DNA of 64,000 bases. Source: an uncultured candidate division Zixibacteria bacterium. GTDB taxonomy: Bacteria > Zixibacteria > MSB-5A5 > UBA10806. Each line of letters opens with the position of its first letter. Positions within the stretch are counted from its first letter, which is position 1. Both the position numbers and the translations under genes were made by a program. The stretch covers positions 192,879-256,878 of the forward strand of contig CAWDFP010000006.1 in the NCBI GenBank assembly GCA_963801605.1, written 5' to 3'. A model generated the notes under the pieces. It was given only the letters and a program-made list of their open reading frames with translations. It did no database searches and was not told where the DNA came from. Of this stretch, positions 58,046 through 64,000 are shown piece after piece.

Positions 58046-59483
58046 ATCCGGTCAGGCTATCGGAAAATGTAACGCCGTAGAAGTTCCAATTCAATTGAGC
58101 AGGCATGGCGTTCCAATTTAAACCGCCATCGATAGTAGTAAATACTTTGCCACCCCAACCAACGATACAACCATGTAATGAATCCGTGAATGCCACGTGA
58201 TAAAGTCGCGTATTCAACCAGAGGTTGACCGCCGCCCAATTCTCGCCACCATCGGTGGTATGAAGTACCATACCCTCCCATCCGACTACCCAGCCAACAT
58301 TTCTGTTGGTGAAAGCAACTCCGTAAAGACGCTGTAATGAATTCGAAATCTGCTCGGACCAATTTGTACCGCCATCAGTGCTATGCACAATGGTTCCATT
58401 TTGCCCTACCGCCCAACCGTAGGATGAATCTACAAAACAGATGTCATAAAATCTCGATAAGGACGGAGTGGTCTGACGGATCCAGTTGGCACCGCTATTA
58501 GTGGTATGTAACACCAATCCGGTATCGGCGGCAATCCAACCGGTAGTGTTATTTATAAAATTTATTCCAAAAAGAAACCCATTGGTATTGGCTCGCTGGG
58601 GAGTAAAGGTTTGACCGCCATCGGATGAAAATTTGATAGTACCGATGTTGCCGCTGATCCAGACAGAGTCGGGGCCGCTGTTTTCAACACCCCAGAGCGC
58701 ATTGGCGGTATTGTCGGGCATCAGGACCCAGTTCGCACCGCCATCAATAGTGCGAAACGCCTCCGAACCCTCCGATACAAACCAGGCTTTATTGGGACCG
58801 TAAGCGGCTACATGTCGTCCGGTCCCCTTGTAGAACTTGTGATACGCGGTCTGATATCCATAGCGCTCCAGAGTCTCTTTGAGATATTGCGCCGCCAGAA
58901 TATTATCCGGTACATAAGAATATCTGGTATGGATTGTATCAATTCCGCCGTTAATTTGAATGGGAGAGTTGCCCGATAATTTATTCAGGTATGATACTAT
59001 CGAATCTTGATTAACATGATGAATCAAAGTATCGATTCGGGAGTTGTACGACAATATTGATTCTCCAGGATCGTTTATTCCGTCGGGAGGCATCGCTCGA
59101 AGATTTAATCGTCGGCAGAATGAGGCCCTGCCAATCGGACTCCTGGTTATAACATAGCCGGGTCCGGAAAATATCGTTTCCGTGGGATTTGTTATATCGT
59201 TTTGAGATCTAATGTAACAAAGAAATAGAGTCGAGGTTTCATCATTAAAACTAAATGCCTGATATGTTATATTATAATTATCCAGCCAGGCAAGCTCCCG
59301 CTCTCCTCCGTCCAAAAAGACTTTATCGATTGTCGTACCCCAATAGTAACCGGGAAAGCCTTTAATGGCAGATTGCGTTTGGGTACCATTATTAGGCACG
59401 GCAATCAGATAATTATCTGAGGCTATGGCTGATGAAACGGATATAAAGAGGGAAAATACCAGCAAAAGAGTCGGGGATTTCAT
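57987..59483 (-). CDS. M28 peptidase, N-terminal fragment carrying an Asp-box (BNR/Ycf48-like) propeller
   Basis: AAGGAG SD plus ATG 59483 (MKSPTLLLVFSLFISVSSAIA). Six DGGxxW-type Asp boxes here, with the seventh (TTDGGATW) after the 1-nt shift at the CCC run 58036-58038. Confidence 0.8.
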   Translation of the reverse strand: MKSPTLLLVFSLFISVSSAIASDNYLIAVPNNGTQTQSAIKGFPGYYWGTTIDKVFLDGGERELAWLDNYNITYQAFSFNDETSTLFLCYIRSQNDITNPTETIFSGPGYVITRSPIGRASFCRRLNLRAMPPDGINDPGESILSYNSRIDTLIHHVNQDSIVSYLNKLSGNSPIQINGGIDTIHTRYSYVPDNILAAQYLKETLERYGYQTAYHKFYKGTGRHVAAYGPNKAWFVSEGSEAFRTIDGGANWVLMPDNTANALWGVENSGPDSVWISGNIGTIKFSSDGGQTFTPQRANTNGFLFGINFINNTTGWIAADTGLVLHTTNSGANWIRQTTPSLSRFYDICFVDSSYGWAVGQNGTIVHSTDGGTNWSEQISNSLQRLYGVAFTNRNVGWVVGWEGMVLHTTDGGENWAAVNLWLNTRLYHVAFTDSLHGCIVGWGGKVFTTIDGGLNWNAMPAQLNWNFYGVTFSDSLTGYAVGDLTVTKDYRWRSNLV

Positions 59484-59645
59484 TAGTGCTCCTTTTCTAT
59501 TTACTGACAACAATTTACGATGATCGCTAAAAATGTCAAGCCGCAATAAGGCCCAATGAAATGGACTTACCACGATATATAGTGTATTGAAATGCATTGA
59601 GGCACAACATGTTGTATTTTTTTATAAAATTGGAAGAAATTATTC

Positions 59646-59674
59646 TTGACAGAAATGCGCCGCTGTGATTTAAT
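59646..59674 (+). promoter_or_regulatory. possible sigma70-like promoter of thyX-nrdJ
   Basis: TTGACA (59646-59651), 17-nt spacer, TTTAAT (59669-59674). Confidence 0.35.
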
Positions 59675-59788
59675 AGGCGCTCCGTTGCCATTGCGGAATG
59701 GGCCGATTAAGTTTGGATCGGAATGAGGTAGTTCAGTCTACAATTGATATAGAGAAGAGTTTGTATTTTGGGGGAGGTTTTAATCATT

Positions 59789-60523
59789 TTGTCAAAAATC
59801 CCTGAGAAGAACAGCGTGACCGGGCCAAACAGCCCAAACATATCTAAGGTTTCTGTGGAGCTGATGGCGATAACTCCCGGAGCCGAGGATATTATTGAGC
59901 GGGCTTGCCGCACCTGTTATCTCTCCTTCTACAGATATGATCCTCCAAAATCAACAGAGGAGCTCATTAAGAAAATTCTGCTTAAAAAGCACTTCTCTGT
60001 ATTAGAGCATTCCAGCGCTACATTTCGAATAGAAGGCGGCTCCAGAGTATTCACGCATGAGCTTGTCAGGCATCGCTTCATCTCCCCATCACAGGAGAGC
60101 CAGCGTTATGTGGTCTATGCCGATAAGCCTGGCCGTAAAAAAACGACGGATTTCCGTTTCGTGCTTCCGGAAACGATTAGAAACGCCAGGATGTCCAATA
60201 GCTCCGAGGACGCAGCCTCAGCTTATGAAAAAGCCATCCTCAACAGCTACGAGCTTTATGAACGTCTCCTGGATTCCGGCGTACCACCCGAGGATGCCCG
60301 TTACGTACTTCCCAACGCCACCGTATCTCAGATTGTTATAACCGCCAATTTCCGGGAGCTTCGTCACTTTTTCTGCGTTCGGACTCATCCGAGAGCCCAT
60401 TGGGAGATCAGGGAAATCGCCCTGGAAATGCTGAGAATCATGCAGAAAGAAGCCCCTATCGTATTCGGAGACTTCAAGATAGACGAGGGAACCAAATCGG
60501 CCACTTTTGAATTCGAGTCTTAG
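59789..60523 (+). CDS. thyX: FAD-dependent thymidylate synthase ThyX
   Basis: ThyX motif LVRHRFISPSQESQRY. The track start TTG 59768 lies inside the GGGGGAGG SD, so in-frame TTG 59789 is more plausible. Confidence 0.85.
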   Translation: MSKIPEKNSVTGPNSPNISKVSVELMAITPGAEDIIERACRTCYLSFYRYDPPKSTEELIKKILLKKHFSVLEHSSATFRIEGGSRVFTHELVRHRFISPSQESQRYVVYADKPGRKKTTDFRFVLPETIRNARMSNSSEDAASAYEKAILNSYELYERLLDSGVPPEDARYVLPNATVSQIVITANFRELRHFFCVRTHPRAHWEIREIALEMLRIMQKEAPIVFGDFKIDEGTKSATFEFES

Positions 60524-60548
60524 AAGGACGCGCAATTACGCGTATTAT

Positions 60549-62840
60549 ATGGAGGGAGGAAGAGAATTGGAAAAGTTACAGGTCGACATAAAGCCGCAAC
60601 TAACGCCAAATTCCCTGGCGGTATTGAGGCGGCGTTATTTGACCAAGAACGACCAGGGGCAGGTGGTCGAAACACCCGAAGAGCTGTTCATTCGGGTAGC
60701 GTCTACCATTGCGGAAGCCGATACTAATTTCGGGGCAACTCCGGCGGAGATAGAGGAAACTGCCAAAACCTTTTATCGGATTATGGCCAAATTGGAATTC
60801 CTGCCTAATTCGCCAACGCTTATGAATGCCGGACGAAAGTTAGGGCAGCTTTCAGCCTGCTTTGTTCTGCCGATTGGCGATTCGATGGATTCCATTTTCG
60901 AGACCGTGAAGAATACGGCGCTGATTCATAAATCGGGCGGCGGCACCGGCTTTTCGTTTTCTCGTCTCAGACCTAAAAATTCAGTTGTCGCTTCAACATC
61001 CGGTGTAGCATCCGGGCCGGTCAGTTTTATGAAAGTCATCAATGCGGCCACCGAGGCTGTCAAGCAGGGCGGCACCAGGCGCGGCGCCAATATGGGGATA
61101 TTGCGAGTCGATCATCCCGATATCATGGAATTCATCAAGTGCAAAGATGATTTAAACGAACTGAACAATTTTAATATTTCGGTTGCTGTAACAGACGAGT
61201 TTATGCGCGCTGTTAAAAACCGGACATCATACCCGTTACTCGATCCTCGAACCGGCCGGCAGTACGTCCTTGACGGCAAGCCTCAAACGTTTGACGCCAA
61301 CGAGGTATTTCAGGCCATAATCGACCACGCTCATCGCACCGGCGAACCGGGAGTGATATTCATCGATCGCATCAATGCCACGGAGAACACGCCCAAAGTA
61401 GGTTTGGTGGAGGCCACCAATCCCTGCGGCGAACAACCTCTCCTTCCCTACGAGAGCTGCAATCTCGGCTCCATCAATCTTGCCAAGATGGTCCGGGCAG
61501 TGGTTGATCCGTCGGATACCTCAAAGATGTTTCGCAACGAGATCGATTGGGATAAACTCAGGGAAGTTGTTCATGAGGCGGTTCATTTTCTCGATAATGT
61601 TATCGAGCAAAACCGTTACCCGCTATCGGAAATTGGCCAGGCCACTCGCAACAACCGCCGTATCGGGTTGGGCGTGATGGGCTGGGCAGACCTGCTGATC
61701 ATGCTCGATATCCCCTACAACTGCGACGATGCCTTGAAGCTCGGCGATCAGCTTATGGAGTTCATCGAAACCGAAGCTGATAAGGCCAGTATGGAGCTTG
61801 GCGAAACCCGCGGCGATTTCCCCAATTGGGAGAAATCGGTTTTTAGCGGTAAGGGCCTCTCCCCGGCCAAACATCGACGCAATAGCACAGTCACGACCGT
61901 GGCGCCGACCGGCACAATTTCGATAATCGCCGGATGCTCATCGGGAATTGAGCCGATTTTTGCGGTCAGCTATGTTCGAAACGTGATGGACAATACCAAG
62001 CTTATCGAAACCAATCCGATATTCGATTCCAAGGCTAAGGAGTTGGGATTTCACTCGGATCGCCTGATGGAACGAATCGCCGAGAATAACTCAATCGCCG
62101 GATTCGAAGAGATTCCTGAGGAGATTAAGAACGTATTCGTGACCGCCCACGATATCACCCCTGAATGGCATATCAAGATGCAGGCGGTGTTCCAACGGCA
62201 TACCGAGAATGCAGTTTCCAAGACAATCAATATGCGCCGAGAGAGCACTGTTGATGATGTTCGAACGGCCTACGAGTTGGCTTATAATCTCAACTGCAAA
62301 GGCGTCACAATTTATCGCGATGGTTCCCGCGCTTACCAGGTTCTCTCCACCAAGCAAAGCGAGAGCGGCACTGCAACTGAGGCTGAAAAAGGAATTGTCA
62401 AAGACCGTCCGGAGGCGCTCCAGGGAATCACAAGCAAGATTAAAACCGGTTTTGGCAATTTGTATGTGACGATAAACACATTCAACGGCAGGCCATTCGA
62501 GGTTTTCGCGCAGATCGGCAAATCGGGATATGACACTATGGCAGACACCGAGGCGATCTGCCGGCTCATCTCGCTATCGTTACGCAGCGGAGTTGATGTC
62601 GAGGAGATCATCGATCAGCTTCGCGGCATAGGCGGCGATACGCCGGTTTTCGGCGCGGGCGGCTTGATTCGTTCGGTGCCGGATGCGATCGCCAAGATTT
62701 TGCAGAAGCATTTCGGCAACGGCAAGGGCCGCAAATCCGAAAACGATCTTAAAGCATTAATCTGCCCCGACTGCGGTTCCGGCCTCAAAGCGGAATCGGG
62801 CTGCATTCTCTGCCCGGAGTGCGGGTATTCGAGGTGCTGA
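60549..62840 (+). CDS. nrdJ: class II (adenosylcobalamin-dependent) ribonucleotide reductase NrdJ
   Basis: ..NPCGEQPLLPYESCNLGSINL.., ..TVAPTGTISIIAGCSSGIEP.., and a C-terminal zinc ribbon CPDCG...CILCPECG. The start is either ATG 60549 or TTG 60567, which follows the GGAGGGAGGA SD. Confidence 0.9.
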   Translation: MEGGRELEKLQVDIKPQLTPNSLAVLRRRYLTKNDQGQVVETPEELFIRVASTIAEADTNFGATPAEIEETAKTFYRIMAKLEFLPNSPTLMNAGRKLGQLSACFVLPIGDSMDSIFETVKNTALIHKSGGGTGFSFSRLRPKNSVVASTSGVASGPVSFMKVINAATEAVKQGGTRRGANMGILRVDHPDIMEFIKCKDDLNELNNFNISVAVTDEFMRAVKNRTSYPLLDPRTGRQYVLDGKPQTFDANEVFQAIIDHAHRTGEPGVIFIDRINATENTPKVGLVEATNPCGEQPLLPYESCNLGSINLAKMVRAVVDPSDTSKMFRNEIDWDKLREVVHEAVHFLDNVIEQNRYPLSEIGQATRNNRRIGLGVMGWADLLIMLDIPYNCDDALKLGDQLMEFIETEADKASMELGETRGDFPNWEKSVFSGKGLSPAKHRRNSTVTTVAPTGTISIIAGCSSGIEPIFAVSYVRNVMDNTKLIETNPIFDSKAKELGFHSDRLMERIAENNSIAGFEEIPEEIKNVFVTAHDITPEWHIKMQAVFQRHTENAVSKTINMRRESTVDDVRTAYELAYNLNCKGVTIYRDGSRAYQVLSTKQSESGTATEAEKGIVKDRPEALQGITSKIKTGFGNLYVTINTFNGRPFEVFAQIGKSGYDTMADTEAICRLISLSLRSGVDVEEIIDQLRGIGGDTPVFGAGGLIRSVPDAIAKILQKHFGNGKGRKSENDLKALICPDCGSGLKAESGCILCPECGYSRC

Positions 62841-62866
62841 AAATAAATAATCTCTAAAGAAAAAAA

Positions 62867-62900
62867 TGCCGCCGGGTTGAAAGACCGGGCGGCATTTTTA
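62867..62900. terminator. bidirectional terminator between convergent genes
   Basis: Imperfect hairpin ATGCCGCCGGG-ttgaaaga-CCGGGCGGCAT flanked by an A7 run and a T5 run. Confidence 0.65.
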
Positions 62901-62915
62901 ATTTTAACCGGAATA

Positions 62916-64000
62916 TTACTTCTTCGGAATATACAAAATCCGGGCGTCGTGGTAACCGACCGAAAAGACCATCCCCTCTTTGAGATCCTTGGATGTCACA
63001 TCATGAATATGGTCATCAAGGACATCATACATTTTAACCTTGGCGGCCCGAATCCCCAAAGCAGGCAGATCCACCGAGATCACAACCTTCTTTGAAAACT
63101 CGCTGGTAGGCGCCGTGAAGGTGGTATCGGTATTGACCAGGTATAGTATGACTCCCTTATCGTTGACCTGCGCTATGAGATCGACCTTGGGGTCGGATGT
63201 AGCTACCGGTGATGTAATCTTTTGGGCGCTTAATATCGATTGGAGCATATCGAGTTTACCAGGCTCGAGCTTGGGCGAGATATCGAAAGTAAATAAATAA
63301 ACAGTTCCGCTTCCAACCTTCTTGGATGCTCCCAGTACCTTGGTGCCGGATTTCGCCAAAGCCTTCTCCGAGCCATGCGATGAGATAAAACCATAGCGGA
63401 TAGCTCTAATAGTATTTTTATCCCAGGCAACATTGCAGGGCTCCCAATCAAGCGTAGTGGACATTCCCAGTCCTTTGGCCAGAGTGCGGCAAGGATTGAA
63501 CTGATCATCAAATTTGGGAAGAAGGCCCACCAACACTACCGTTTTCCCGCCCTGAATAGCCTTTAGAATCATCTCCTGGCTTTTTTGCCCCATGTATTCG
63601 GCAGTGGGAATAAAATACAAGTCTTTGTCTTCAAGCGAATTTTCGGAATCGATATCGACAACGGAATAATCATATTTGATATTCATCAGGTCTAACCCCA
63701 GAGGGTTCATGGTCTGACCGATTAGATCGTAGATATAGGAGAACTGGCCAGTCATCCCAAGATGATGCTGCATGAGATAAGGCTTGTGATAGCCAATTCC
63801 GACTCGCGAAACCGGTTTGGCGGTATTTATGCCGATGTGTTCCAGCGCGACACTGACTTTGCGGACCATTTCGTAGTTTTCATTGACCGTGCCATCGAAA
63901 CCGAGTGGCGAACCCAACCAGTGATCTCGTCCCACGAACATATAATGATTCATCCCTTTGAGTCCGGCAGCCAGAGAACTGACTATCAGATATCTATGAT
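62916..64000 (-). CDS. glycoside-hydrolase-like protein (beta-galactosidase-family-like), 3' part; runs off the right edge
   Basis: The frame is open to the window edge (..LIVSSLAAGLKGMNHYMFVGRDHW..). The family assignment rests only on a loose resemblance to GH35/42 around GMNHYMF. Confidence 0.4.
   Translation of the reverse strand, partial: HRYLIVSSLAAGLKGMNHYMFVGRDHWLGSPLGFDGTVNENYEMVRKVSVALEHIGINTAKPVSRVGIGYHKPYLMQHHLGMTGQFSYIYDLIGQTMNPLGLDLMNIKYDYSVVDIDSENSLEDKDLYFIPTAEYMGQKSQEMILKAIQGGKTVVLVGLLPKFDDQFNPCRTLAKGLGMSTTLDWEPCNVAWDKNTIRAIRYGFISSHGSEKALAKSGTKVLGASKKVGSGTVYLFTFDISPKLEPGKLDMLQSILSAQKITSPVATSDPKVDLIAQVNDKGVILYLVNTDTTFTAPTSEFSKKVVISVDLPALGIRAAKVKMYDVLDDHIHDVTSKDLKEGMVFSVGYHDARILYIPKK

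Noticed and set aside
59633-59648. Second NrdR box partnering the palindrome at 59604-59615.
   Set aside because: The sequence at the expected spacing (AAGAAATTATTCTT) is AT-palindromic but lacks the ACAC/GTGT arms.
1-64000. Programmed ribosomal frameshifting as the explanation for the split genes.
   Set aside because: No slippery heptamer or stimulatory structure recurs at the sites. The lesions are scattered in unrelated housekeeping and accessory genes, and several lie in plain homopolymers.

Overview
This is a 64-kb bacterial chromosomal window with moderate GC content and most genes on the minus strand. At least nine proteins end in a T9SS C-terminal sorting domain (..NYPNPFN.....LLK). 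That points to an uncultured member of the FCB-type superphylum, but this is a low-confidence guess.

Housekeeping genes: a tatD-like gene, a leuCD-like dehydratase, a HIT protein, rlmD-like and trmH-like methyltransferases, asnA, an Fe-ADH, and a thyX-nrdJ operon.

Envelope and secreted proteins:
- A tandem array of six LVIVD-repeat T9SS cargo paralogs (27.4-42.2 kb), a collapsed seventh copy, and one more copy at 4.1-5.4 kb.
- A DUF4159 / coiled-coil / TPR / DUF2723 cluster.
- A patatin-POTRA-Omp85 (PlpD-like) protein.
- An M28 peptidase with a nested Asp-box propeller.

Accessory features:
- A RAYT (IS200-like Y1 transposase) flanked by REP hairpins.
- A visibly AT-rich 3.6-kb island encoding two ParB-like proteins and DinD.
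- Three tandem EutN/CcmL (BMC vertex) genes with no shell hexamer gene in the window.

The most notable single call is a candidate selenoprotein. It is a thioredoxin-fold T9SS cargo protein with an in-frame TGA at the first position of a UxxC motif, followed by an fdhF-like SECIS hairpin.

The window carries many single-base reading-frame lesions (at least 12). Several sit in short homopolymers or in the repeated paralog 3' ends, so consensus error must be excluded before any gene is called a pseudogene.

I recognised no rRNA, tRNA or CRISPR array by eye.
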